In this document: positions 1 through 8,614 of the stretch, piece by piece | Numbering within the stretch: the stretch's first letter is position 1 | Layout of the letters: every line of letters starts with the position of its first letter | Notes under the pieces: model-generated | What the model saw: only the letters and a program-made list of their open reading frames with translations | The model's database searches: none | Told to the model about the DNA's origin: nothing | IMG/VR virus record: IMGVR_UViG_3300029922_000004 | DNA: 64,000 nt | Direction: 5' to 3' (one strand) | Source: a virus | Made by a program: the position numbers and the translations under genes

Positions 1-1
1 G

Positions 2-223
2 TGTGATAGTCACTCAAAAGGACTAGACACTCCGATAGATGTGCTTTATCAACTTGTCTTAACATTAAAGGAACTTAAAGAAAAAGCCGATGCGTTGGAT
101 TGGTTGGAGAAACCTGAAAACGATGCATTTGTAATGTGTATGGATAAAGGTATTTTATTGGACTGGGCGGTTAACGAAGGTAAAACACTCCTCTCCGCAA
201 TCAACCAAGCAAGAAAGGCATAG
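2..223 (+). CDS. hypothetical protein, probably 5'-truncated by the window edge
   Basis: Frame is open from base 2; the ORF track gives a GTG at 41. Confidence 0.55.
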   Translation, partial: CDSHSKGLDTPIDVLYQLVLTLKELKEKADALDWLEKPENDAFVMCMDKGILLDWAVNEGKTLLSAINQARKA

Positions 224-229
224 GGATTA

Positions 230-394
230 ATGAAACACCTATTAAAATTCACAGCAGTCATAACGATTATTGTCTTACTGTTTTCGGCATTAATGTCTTT
301 ATGTTATTACTCCGTAAAATTGGGAAAAAGTATCCTAATTTGTCTCATTGGAGTTAATTTTGGTTATTTTAGGGTCTCTATTTGGTTCTTCTAG
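230..394 (+). CDS. small hydrophobic (membrane) protein
   Basis: ATG230-TAG394, MKHLLKFTAVITIIVLLFSALMSLCYY...; below the ORF-track length cut-off. Confidence 0.55.
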   Translation: MKHLLKFTAVITIIVLLFSALMSLCYYSVKLGKSILICLIGVNFGYFRVSIWFF

Positions 395-407
395 GGTTGT
401 TTCATCA

Positions 408-516
408 GGTATCGGCTTTCGCGCGTGGCGGGCATTACAGCCATCCTAATCCCTTCCCCGTGATTTCGTCCGGCCAGCGGACTTCGGCGGCTTAAAACGC
501 AAGCGTGGAGGCTACC
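408..516 (+). ncRNA. candidate structured RNA A
   Basis: GCUUUCGCGC(415-424) pairs with GCGUGGAGGC(503-512) using three G-U wobbles valid only on the + strand; GGUA/UACC closing stem; inner hairpin GUCCG/CGGAC. Confidence 0.45.
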
Positions 517-969
517 AGAAAGAGGGTGTTTTAGAGTAGTTTTTAAGACAAATAACCCCATGAAAGGCTTGATTTTATTAGCTTTTTTTAATTTCTTGCT
601 TTTTCCCGAAAACTCTGCTAAACTCTTACCAATGAGTGACTTACATCACATAGACAAACAAGGGAGAATAACACTTTATTCTTTGGAGTTGAATTGCTTG
701 GATTTGATTTATTTGAATTTTTTGATTTATTTGAATTTTTTGGTCTGTCTTGCAAATTTATTTAAAATAATTCCAAATAATCACTCTTCTGTTTTCTCCC
801 TATGATTCCTCTACTATTTTTCGTGGCGATGGTGGTGATAATTCGCAGAAAACTCCAATAAACACAAGACAATTAAAAGAAATTAATTAAAATTATTTAA
901 TTAGAATTGGGTGTGTTTTCTCCTAGTATTTTGTTCTTGACTTTGGTGGAAAAAGGTGGTAAAGTTAGA

Positions 970-1080
970 GGGTCAAAGGCTCTCAGCCTACCAGCCGGGT
1001 TAGGTGGCGGGCGGGGTAAAACGAGTCAAAACGTCAGTTAAAGTTAGGACTCTGGTGGGCAATCCATCACCCTGTCCGCC
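970..1080 (+). ncRNA. candidate structured RNA B (75-nt three-way-junction core at 1006-1080)
   Basis: Own promoter TTGACT937-17-TAAAGT960; 12-bp stem 1006-1017/1069-1080 with G-U pairs; arms GAGUC/GACUC and GGUGG/CCAUC. Confidence 0.55.
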
Positions 1081-1284
1081 TGATTATATTTCCAAATTCG
1101 CTTAATACACACAAAATTAATTAAAATTATAATATTTAATTTAATGACCATTTCTTGGTTTGGGGACTAGCGAACCTGATTCACAAAATGGGTGTTTTCA
1201 GATGCTTCTGGGCTGGAGTTAATAGAAATCAATAAAATTAATTAAATTTCGCTAAATACACAAAATTTAAGTGTAAGTAATGAC

Positions 1285-1545
1285 ATGAACGAACAATCAA
1301 AACTGATAGCCAAAGCAATTGACGAGTGGTTTAATATCCACGCTAATGAAATAACAGACCGCAACTTCTGGGATAGGAACCCCGTAGCAAAGGTAATTAA
1401 AGCTGAATTGACCAAGCGCGACCATTGGAAGAATCGAAAACGGGGCAAGCCAAATAAGACCGCCGCCGACCTTATCCCCGCCAACCAAGCAAAAGAAGAG
1501 AAGAAAAATGAATTACCGCCAATAGTTGAAGATGATTTAATTTGA
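1285..1545 (+). CDS. hypothetical protein
   Basis: 86-aa ORF with protein-like composition. Confidence 0.7.
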   Translation: MNEQSKLIAKAIDEWFNIHANEITDRNFWDRNPVAKVIKAELTKRDHWKNRKRGKPNKTAADLIPANQAKEEKKNELPPIVEDDLI

Positions 1546-1591
1546 GTAAATTGTCTTGACTATTTTAGAATTTTGGGGGTAATATCTTTAT

Positions 1592-1730
1592 ACACGGTAG
1601 CCGAAAGGTCTAATGCAGAGTGGCTCACAGTTCGGGGAGGGTAGATTTGTGGCGCACCCACTTTAAAAACCATTGCGCCTACTATTCCGCCCAATCTAAT
1701 AAATTGGGGAAATAAGCCGAATACCGTGTG
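1592..1730 (+). ncRNA. candidate tRNA-like ncRNA C
   Basis: Promoter TTGACT1556-18-TAATAT1580; predicted +1 is the start of the ACACGGUA/UACCGUGU terminal stem; class-II D-arm-like GCCGAAAGGUCUAAUGC; followed by a T run. Confidence 0.6.
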
Positions 1731-1773
1731 TTTTTTTCTTGACTTTATTTGAGTAATTTGGTATAGTATTTGT

Positions 1774-1947
1774 GGATGGTGATGGCCGAGAATGTCAAGG
1801 TAAGAGGAAATCTATGACTCAATGCGATGAGTTGTTCATCATAGATATACTATTTAGTTAGTTCGCCGCAAGGTGTCAACGAAAATCTCTGTAAACTGCT
1901 ATGTCGCACAACTAACCAGCGCGGAAGTAACGCCCCGCTCATCATCC
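1774..1947 (+). ncRNA. candidate tRNA-like ncRNA D
   Basis: Promoter TTGACT1739-17-TATAGT1762; predicted +1 is the start of the GGAUGGUGA/UCAUCAUCC stem; D-arm-like UGGCCGAGAAUGUCAAGG; internal hairpins. Confidence 0.6.
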
Positions 1948-2095
1948 GAAAATTTCCATATACGCATTTCGGCGGGAGAGAATTTTCCTAACCCGATACG
2001 GTGTCATAAACCGCGCCTGATTATGGATTTCACTTGACACAAGCAGAAAAATCCGTTAATATTAGTCAGTTAAAACAACACAACCAATAAAATCT

Positions 2096-2515
2096 ATGAT
2101 ACTAACAGAAATCCTCCCCTTCTACGAAGCCCACAATCGCGGCGAAGTGGTCGAATGTCGTCTCCAATATGGGCAATGGCAGCGAGAATGGCAGCGAGCT
2201 AAGTATATTTTCAGGGCTAATTTGGAGAATATTGAAAAATATGAATTTCGCTTCCCGCCGAAGCCCAAACTGCGGGCGTGGAAGGCGTCGGAAGTTCCCA
2301 TCGGCGCGGTGATTCGTTTTAAAGACGAGAGAGGCGTTTCTACTTATTTGTGTTCTAGTACGGCGGTAATCTTGGGATTTAAATATGGGAAAATTTACGA
2401 CTCTACAATTAATAGCCCGTCCAACGCGTCCTATACTCCCGCGCGAGCTTTAGAAGAAATGGAATACTCCACCGACTTCGGAAAGACTTTTAAACCCTGC
2501 GGTATTCTCGAATAA
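2096..2515 (+). CDS. hypothetical protein
   Basis: 139-aa ORF; promoter TTGACA2034-17-TAATAT2057 and a CAGTTAAA leader. Confidence 0.8.
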   Translation: MILTEILPFYEAHNRGEVVECRLQYGQWQREWQRAKYIFRANLENIEKYEFRFPPKPKLRAWKASEVPIGAVIRFKDERGVSTYLCSSTAVILGFKYGKIYDSTINSPSNASYTPARALEEMEYSTDFGKTFKPCGILE

Positions 2516-2516
2516 T

Positions 2517-3071
2517 ATGAAAACAAAATTTAACGAAAAATGGCTCTTAGATGAATCTCCTTGTTCAGATGGATTAGTATTCGCCCGTTCATGCAATTTT
2601 GACTTCGCAAAGATTTATGATACCTGTGAACGTGGTGACTGGTTGATTTGGCTCTTGCGTAGAACGAAAAATTTATCTAAGCCTCAATCAGTTAAAATTG
2701 CAATTACTTGTGCAGAGCATGTTATTTCAATTTACGAAAAGAAGTATCCAAATAACAAAGCTCCTCGTAATGCAATCAATGCTGCGAAAAAATGGTTGAA
2801 AGAGCCCTCTGAAGAGAATAGGAAGGCTGCTTATGCTGCTGCTGATGCTGCTTATGCTGCTGCTTATGCTGCTGCTGATGCTACTGATGCTGCTGCTTAT
2901 GCTGATGCTTATGCTGCTGCTTATGCTGCTGCTTATGCTGCTGCTGATGCTACTGATGCTGCTGCTTATGCTGATGCTTATGCTGCTGCTGATGCTGCTG
3001 CTCGGTTATCAGAAAGAAAATGGCAAGCGAACCAAATCCGTAAGATTGTTCCTAACCCATTCACTAATTGA
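2517..3071 (+). CDS. phage protein with AAYAAADAA alanine repeats (Imm5-like region possible)
   Basis: N-terminus PCSDG...RGDWLIWLL, APRNAINAAKKW and an Ala-rich GCT-repeat tract resemble common phage Ala-repeat proteins. Confidence 0.75.
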   Translation: MKTKFNEKWLLDESPCSDGLVFARSCNFDFAKIYDTCERGDWLIWLLRRTKNLSKPQSVKIAITCAEHVISIYEKKYPNNKAPRNAINAAKKWLKEPSEENRKAAYAAADAAYAAAYAAADATDAAAYADAYAAAYAAAYAAADATDAAAYADAYAAADAAARLSERKWQANQIRKIVPNPFTN

Positions 3072-3178
3072 ATAAGCACCACCGAACGCCGTGAGGTAAA
3101 ATATAATAACAATCACATAGTGAAACAAACCCCTGCAAAGCTAATAGCTTTGTTTAACGAATAGAAAGGAATAAAAAT

Positions 3179-3394
3179 ATGAAAATCAACCAATCAAAGT
3201 CAAGAAACAAAGGAGATTCAAGCATAATTTATTTTGTATTTTTTGCATTTGTTTGTGCATTTTTTACGATTGGGGCTTATTGTGGCAGTGGTATTATACA
3301 AAACGAGGCTATTAAAGCCAACGTCGCCCACTATACTGTAAATCCCCAAACAGGCGTGACACAATTTGAGTGGATAACTAATTCCGTGAAATGA
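3179..3394 (+). CDS. small membrane protein
   Basis: One hydrophobic segment (IIYFVFFAFVCAFFTIGAYC). Confidence 0.7.
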   Translation: MKINQSKSRNKGDSSIIYFVFFAFVCAFFTIGAYCGSGIIQNEAIKANVAHYTVNPQTGVTQFEWITNSVK

Positions 3395-3606
3395 ACTTCC
3401 TTCAAAATCTACTAATTGCCGTCATTGCCCTATGTATCAGCTGGATTATCTGCCCGCATAGCGCATGGGTGCTGATTCAATACAAGTATTACCAGTTTAA
3501 ACGAATGGCGTTTCTGGCGGTAGGAGTCTGCCCCAAATGCAAAACGCGGGTGAACTATACGCCGAGTGGCCGCGCCATCTGCCCAAATTGTAGTGGGAGA
3601 AATTAA
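3391..3606 (+). CDS. membrane-anchored zinc-finger protein
   Basis: Hydrophobic N-terminus, CPKC...CPNC; 4-bp overlap with the upstream ORF. Confidence 0.7.
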   Translation: MNFLQNLLIAVIALCISWIICPHSAWVLIQYKYYQFKRMAFLAVGVCPKCKTRVNYTPSGRAICPNCSGRN

Positions 3607-3663
3607 ATGAATTTTAATTAAAATCTCCTTGACTTCCCCCGAACACTCTGCTATTATTAAATT

Positions 3664-3870
3664 ATGTTTAGATTAACTTGGCACAGAACAACAAGCAAGA
3701 ACAAATACGATGCTAATATTCGCTCCGAATATATTGGGTCAAGGGAATCGATTTGGGAATTGTGGTGGCTATTACACGAGCAATACCCTCACGTTGAGGT
3801 GTTCTCTTTGAATGGCTCAAAATGCGATATGAGTAAAGGGCTTAATGGAATGATTGGATATAATTTGTGA
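3664..3870 (+). CDS. hypothetical protein
   Basis: Leaderless promoter TTGACT3629-17-TATTAT3652-6-ATG. Confidence 0.75.
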   Translation: MFRLTWHRTTSKNKYDANIRSEYIGSRESIWELWWLLHEQYPHVEVFSLNGSKCDMSKGLNGMIGYNL

Positions 3871-4002
3871 ATTTTCTTAAATTATCTCTTTGGTTTGTCT
3901 TTGCTCTAGTGGCAATCTTCTGTCTGAACCTCCGCTATTGGATTACAGGGAAAGATGTGAATGATGAATACAGGGGAGAGGATTTTAATTAAGTTTGTGT
4001 AA

Positions 4003-4308
4003 TTGGAATGGATGCCGCGCCACATTCATTCAAGGGTAGTAATCAAAGATGCTCCGCGCGTATATTTTAAAGATTTATCGGCGGATGGAGTTGTGGGTTT
4101 AGCGTTTGACGAGGAACATAAAATAGTTATAGACCCATCACAATCCCCGCGTGAACTGTGGCTCACTATTTTTCACGAGTGCTGTCACGTCACACTGCCG
4201 AGTCTCAACGAAAAACAAATAGTTAAATTAGAAAAAACTATAGGAGTTCTTCTGTGGAAACAGTTTCTTCGGCTACAACGACAACAGGCAAGGCAACCCC
4301 GCCTTTAA
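4003..4308 (+). CDS. putative zinc metallopeptidase-like protein (HExxH)
   Basis: LWLTIFHECCHV motif; start codon uncertain. Confidence 0.6.
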   Translation: MEWMPRHIHSRVVIKDAPRVYFKDLSADGVVGLAFDEEHKIVIDPSQSPRELWLTIFHECCHVTLPSLNEKQIVKLEKTIGVLLWKQFLRLQRQQARQPRL

Positions 4309-5089
4309 TATTTTTAGCGTTTTTATCTAGGTTTCCAATATAGGTTTCATCTTGGCCATGTTGCATTGCTATTTTGGTTGTTGACCAAAGTGGTTGAAGG
4401 TTGGAATAATGGAAACACTCCATTTTTTGCTTTTCATCTTCTAAATTGAATAAATCACAAGGTTTTATGTGGTCTATATGCCATCCACCATTACCATAAT
4501 TACTCCACGTCATTTCTTTGGCGAACTGTTTTTCCAAATATCCCATCAGAAAACTTACATTACAACCAGTTAATTCTTTGGATGATTTTGTTTTATTTTT
4601 TATTGAGTAATTAATTCTGCTTAAAAGAGCGTGATAAATTTTTGATTGTAATTTAGTTTTATATTTTTGTTGAATAAAATTACTTTTATATTGCGGGGAC
4701 ATATTTTTCATAGCTTTAAAAGGGGTTTTCTTGGGTGGACTACCCTTTAGATAGAATACTCTCCCTAGAATAGAGGCCAGATTTTGTCTTTTGCGTTTGA
4801 GTTCAAAAACATATTTGATTTCGTTCATGGTCATTTTTTTATTGAAGTAATACTCAAGGGTAGTATTACAAATACAATCATATTCTTGCGCCGTGTCAAA
4901 ATCAATCAAGGTAAAAATTTTATCTTTATTATTGGGCGAAATATATCTTCCTAAAATATGTAGCCCCCTATCTATTTCTCTATTGGTTCTATGCTTCGTT
5001 TTTATTGACCGACACCATGCACGGATTCCTCCATCTTGAATTGTGAATGTCCGCTTCGTGATTATATCATAAATTTCTCTCATATCCAT
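4238..5089 (-). CDS. HNH/endonuclease VII-like phage endonuclease
   Basis: MTWSNYG..WHIDHIKPC..F..CFHYSNLQPLW signature; preceded by GTGTAAT. Confidence 0.8.
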   Translation of the reverse strand: MDMREIYDIITKRTFTIQDGGIRAWCRSIKTKHRTNREIDRGLHILGRYISPNNKDKIFTLIDFDTAQEYDCICNTTLEYYFNKKMTMNEIKYVFELKRKRQNLASILGRVFYLKGSPPKKTPFKAMKNMSPQYKSNFIQQKYKTKLQSKIYHALLSRINYSIKNKTKSSKELTGCNVSFLMGYLEKQFAKEMTWSNYGNGGWHIDHIKPCDLFNLEDEKQKMECFHYSNLQPLWSTTKIAMQHGQDETYIGNLDKNAKNIKGGVALPVVVVAEETVSTEELL

Positions 5090-5159
5090 GATTACACACG
5101 TTTAAGCAGCCTGCAAAAATAATCTTGACAAAAATTGAAAACCCTGTTAATATAAGTTT

Positions 5160-5440
5160 GTGATTGACTGTTGAAGCGGAACTATGTGTCCGTGGAGGTT
5201 ATCGGGATACAGTAGAAACGAGATATAGCATAACGTTTGCTACAATCATGGTTTGGGAGGAACGTTACTCGTCCCATTAAAATACAAGGTAATCGGATGT
5301 ATGTCTGATTACGGAACTTGGTAGCCGATAGCCTGACTCGGCGAAAAGTCTCACGGGACTTTACCATAAATCATGCAACTAGCGTCGTGGCGTGAGGTTG
5401 ACAAACCTGTTCGGGGAACAGCCTGAAAAAATCCCCTGCA
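5160..5440 (+). ncRNA. candidate large structured RNA F (about 280 nt)
   Basis: Promoter TTGACA5125-17-TAATAT5148; +1 begins the GUGAUUG/CAAUCAU stem; at least five further helical domains; no convincing ORF. Confidence 0.55.
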
Positions 5441-5445
5441 ATTTT

Positions 5446-5682
5446 ATGGACGAAACAAACATTGATTCCGCCGCCAAAACTATAGCAGACAAATTTGCTC
5501 ACGTTTTACACCGCCGCGCCCAACATACTTCAACGATGTTCCGCAAGTCTGAGCGCGGGACATTCGGACGCCGCAATACTCGAAAGCTAAATGATGCTGC
5601 GGTAAATAAGGCTCTTCTCAAAGCCGCAAATGATGCCAAAATTTCGGCGGAATTGAGCGAATTTCCAGTGATTTCGGCTTAA
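5446..5682 (+). CDS. hypothetical protein
   Basis: ATG5446 preferred over the upstream GTG5392, which lies inside the structured region. Confidence 0.65.
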   Translation: MDETNIDSAAKTIADKFAHVLHRRAQHTSTMFRKSERGTFGRRNTRKLNDAAVNKALLKAANDAKISAELSEFPVISA

Positions 5683-5725
5683 ATATAAGCTAAATAAGTT
5701 AATTTAAGTCAATTTTAGTAACTTT

Positions 5726-5977
5726 ATGGATACCCCAAAAATTCCTGCATCTGACCCAAATAAGCAACCCCAAACTTTAGCTGAGTTCTACGCCTTCTAC
5801 TGGAGCAAATTATTTAAAAAATTAAATAAAAATGTCCAAACCCACATCGAGGAAAATCGAATCAAACCCACTAAAATAATACGCGGCAGGGAAATGCGCG
5901 ACCCAATCGTGCGTGACTTCGTGAGAGAGGTGGCGAAACAGGCAGAAGAGGCGTTTGATAAAATTAAAATAATTTAA
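5726..5977 (+). CDS. hypothetical protein
   Basis: 83-aa ORF in gene-dense run. Confidence 0.7.
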   Translation: MDTPKIPASDPNKQPQTLAEFYAFYWSKLFKKLNKNVQTHIEENRIKPTKIIRGREMRDPIVRDFVREVAKQAEEAFDKIKII

Positions 5978-6023
5978 TTAAAATTGTCTTGACTTGGTTT
6001 GAGGGTTATAGTAGAGTTAGAAG

Positions 6024-6212
6024 ATGAAAATTACATACGAATCCAAAATCCCTCTTGAATGGAATCATCCTATCCATGTCGCTAAACGGGCCGCTTCTAA
6101 TCCCAAGAGGGCAACCAAACTCAAGGAGTATCTTATCCGTATCCAAGACGGAACGCGGGACAAACGCAGAGTCTATGACGCAGCCGAGAATCACACCATA
6201 GGGGAAATTTAA
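6024..6212 (+). CDS. hypothetical protein
   Basis: Leaderless promoter TTGACT5989-17-TAGAGT6012-6-ATG. Confidence 0.75.
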   Translation: MKITYESKIPLEWNHPIHVAKRAASNPKRATKLKEYLIRIQDGTRDKRRVYDAAENHTIGEI

Positions 6213-6270
6213 TTAAATTATTTATTAAAATTTACTTGACTTCAACCGAGCAAACTGATATTCTCTTCAC

Positions 6271-7257
6271 ATGACAAAAAACCTATTCGAGTCAGTCGTG
6301 GGTCAGGATGAAGCCAAGAAAAAGTTGGGCTTCTATATCAACGCCTACCACCAAACCCGTATCATGCCTAATCTCCTTTTCGCCGCTGCGAAGGGGAATG
6401 GGAAAAGCCTCATTGCCCGCGAAACGGCCAAACAACTTTTGGCTTATGGCGAAGATGGCAAGCCGCTAATGAAAGAGGATGGCGTCACCCCCAAGAAGAA
6501 AACCTTTTTGGAGATTAACGCCAGCACCATTAAATCAATTCGTCAATTCGTCAACTCTGTGCTTATCAATCATGTGGTGGATAAAGACGTGACGGTTTTT
6601 ATTGACGAGGCCAGCGAACTCAAAAACGACGTGACGATGAGTTTACTAACCATGCTCAATCCTAACGTCACCAACAAAAATACTTTCGTCTATGACGAGT
6701 ATGCGATTGATATTGACTTTGCTCGGCAGACCTTCATCTTCGCTACAACTGAATCGGAACAGATTTTTGCTCCGCTGCTCGACCGCCTAACACGAATTGA
6801 CCTGTGCGCCTATACCTATGACGACCTCGCAAAGATTATTCAAAAGTCCGCGCCGGAAGTTTCTTTCATTGAAGGAGTGTTGGAAGAAATGTCGAAAGTG
6901 GTTCGTGGTAACGCGAGAAATGCAATCAAATTAACTAACGATGTCAAGACATATCTTTGTCGCGAGAAAACTTTCGGGCGTAAATCGTGGGAAGATTTGA
7001 AAAACATTCTGTCCATCAAACCTTTGGGTCTTTCTCCCATTGAGATTTCGATTCTCCGTTTTTTGCAGGAGCGTTTAGAGGGGTCGAGTTTGACCAATCT
7101 CGCGGCCAAAACCGGACTTTCTCGAACTGCACTACAGGCTGATTATGAAAGCGTCTTACAAAAAAATTCGCTCATGGATATTCAGGCCGGAAAAGGGCGC
7201 ATGATTACACCGAGGGGCTTGGAGTATCTGAAAAATCTTGATGCTTGTCCTGCATAA
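6271..7257 (+). CDS. ruvB: RuvB-like Holliday junction branch-migration AAA+ ATPase
   Basis: VVGQDEAK start, Walker A AAKGNGKS, Walker B VFIDE, FIFATT, LLDRL arginine finger, C-terminal wHTH ending GKGRMITPRG. Confidence 0.85.
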   Translation: MTKNLFESVVGQDEAKKKLGFYINAYHQTRIMPNLLFAAAKGNGKSLIARETAKQLLAYGEDGKPLMKEDGVTPKKKTFLEINASTIKSIRQFVNSVLINHVVDKDVTVFIDEASELKNDVTMSLLTMLNPNVTNKNTFVYDEYAIDIDFARQTFIFATTESEQIFAPLLDRLTRIDLCAYTYDDLAKIIQKSAPEVSFIEGVLEEMSKVVRGNARNAIKLTNDVKTYLCREKTFGRKSWEDLKNILSIKPLGLSPIEISILRFLQERLEGSSLTNLAAKTGLSRTALQADYESVLQKNSLMDIQAGKGRMITPRGLEYLKNLDACPA

Positions 7258-7298
7258 TTTTACTTGACATTAACTGAAATTTAATATATTATTTAACT

Positions 7299-7547
7299 AT
7301 GAAACACACCAAAGTTCGTCGGGTCGGTTCGGGTCGCACGAAGGGTAGCTTTTCGTTCGTTCCTGTCACTCTTGGACAATTGAAAGCCAAATTTAACGAC
7401 GACAACATGAAGTTCCTGCTATCTCGAAAACAGGCGGCTTTATTTGGGTTTGAAAATCTCGTCACTGGCACGGTGGGGGAACTCACGCAATCAATCGCGG
7501 GTCAGGTTGAAGAGTCTGCCGCGAAAGTCAACATTACCGAACTCTAA
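7299..7547 (+). CDS. hypothetical protein (GSGRTKGS basic motif)
   Basis: Leaderless promoter TTGACA7264-17-TATTAT7287-6-ATG. Confidence 0.75.
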   Translation: MKHTKVRRVGSGRTKGSFSFVPVTLGQLKAKFNDDNMKFLLSRKQAALFGFENLVTGTVGELTQSIAGQVEESAAKVNITEL

Positions 7548-7590
7548 AATCTCCTTGACACCAACCGCAAACTCTGATATTATTTAACCA

Positions 7591-7761
7591 ATGAAAAAAT
7601 ACACAGTCATTTACCCCGAACAAGTAGGCTATAATCGCGGCCAGACCATAACAAGGTTTCGCCATGTTATAACCGACAACCTAGGGAAAACACTGGCAAA
7701 AGAATTTGGTTCTGATGTCTGGTTTGTTTTCGACGGTCACATCATCCCAACTGCTGACTAA
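7591..7761 (+). CDS. hypothetical protein
   Basis: 56 aa, below ORF cut-off; promoter TTGACA7555-17-TATTAT7578-7-ATG. Confidence 0.65.
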   Translation: MKKYTVIYPEQVGYNRGQTITRFRHVITDNLGKTLAKEFGSDVWFVFDGHIIPTAD

Positions 7762-7763
7762 TT

Positions 7764-7979
7764 ATGCGCTCACTTCACTTCCTCAAAATCCACAAACAGT
7801 CTTGGCAGCGTCTTTGGGAAACGCTTAACGGCGCAGACCAATCCATCGTTGCGGGGGATGATTTGTCCCCGCTGACTGTCTGGTTTCACGAGACGGTTCT
7901 AACCGAAGCCAAAAACAACTTTAACAATCCCGCCTTTGCTTACAACTCGCCGGATTCATTTAAGTATCAGCAGGACTAA
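7764..7979 (+). CDS. hypothetical protein
   Basis: Starts 2 bp after the previous stop. Confidence 0.65.
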   Translation: MRSLHFLKIHKQSWQRLWETLNGADQSIVAGDDLSPLTVWFHETVLTEAKNNFNNPAFAYNSPDSFKYQQD

Positions 7980-7983
7980 TTAT

Positions 7984-8298
7984 ATGCTAACAAACCAAGA
8001 AGCCAAAATCTATCTCGCGGAACAGTTGCCGGAGAAAATAACACTTACTCACACAATGCTCTGGTGTAAAGATATACCAGAAAACCCATATCCAACATGT
8101 CGTCCTGTCCTCGAAACCGAATGGCAACAAATTGCTCTATGGGTTGAGGAGAAGATGACGGATGAGCAGTCCGACAAATATCGCCCAAAATTGTTTGATT
8201 TGACACTATCAAATAAATACCCATATGGATGGGCAAGAGGGTATTTATCAGCATCCTACGCCACCCGCGCAACCGCAATGAAGGAGTCTGGGTTATGA
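7984..8298 (+). CDS. hypothetical protein
   Basis: ATG7984 follows the previous stop directly. Confidence 0.7.
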   Translation: MLTNQEAKIYLAEQLPEKITLTHTMLWCKDIPENPYPTCRPVLETEWQQIALWVEEKMTDEQSDKYRPKLFDLTLSNKYPYGWARGYLSASYATRATAMKESGL

Positions 8299-8614
8299 AA
8301 ATAAAATAGTGCAAGCAAAGAACTACAAAAACAGATAGATGCCCCGCACCTAACCCATTACAAATAAACAACTTATGAAAATACTCTACACCATATTCTG
8401 TGTCCTCACCGCGATGATACCATTCACGGGAGTATTTTTTGGTCTATCGTGGACTTCTTTTTTACACCGTTAGCATGGATTAAGTGGCTTATCTTGCATC
8501 AGGTCACAGAGACAGTAATCAGGCACACATTTGGATGGTTTTTTAACTGAAATTACTTGACACGCGCCGAAAAATCTGTTAGATTGATAGCAGTTAAATA
8601 ACACACACAAAATT

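Noticed and set aside
408-516. HDV-like/theta ribozyme
   Set aside because: I could not assemble P1/P2/P3 with a proper L3 and J4/2 cytosine; left as generic structured RNA
560-805. 81-aa ORF
   Set aside because: Overlaps an AT-rich 18-bp tandem repeat (703-738), low complexity, no promoter or start signature; probably spurious
2833-3075. MLLLM-repeat ORF
   Set aside because: Alternative-frame read of the GCT minisatellite
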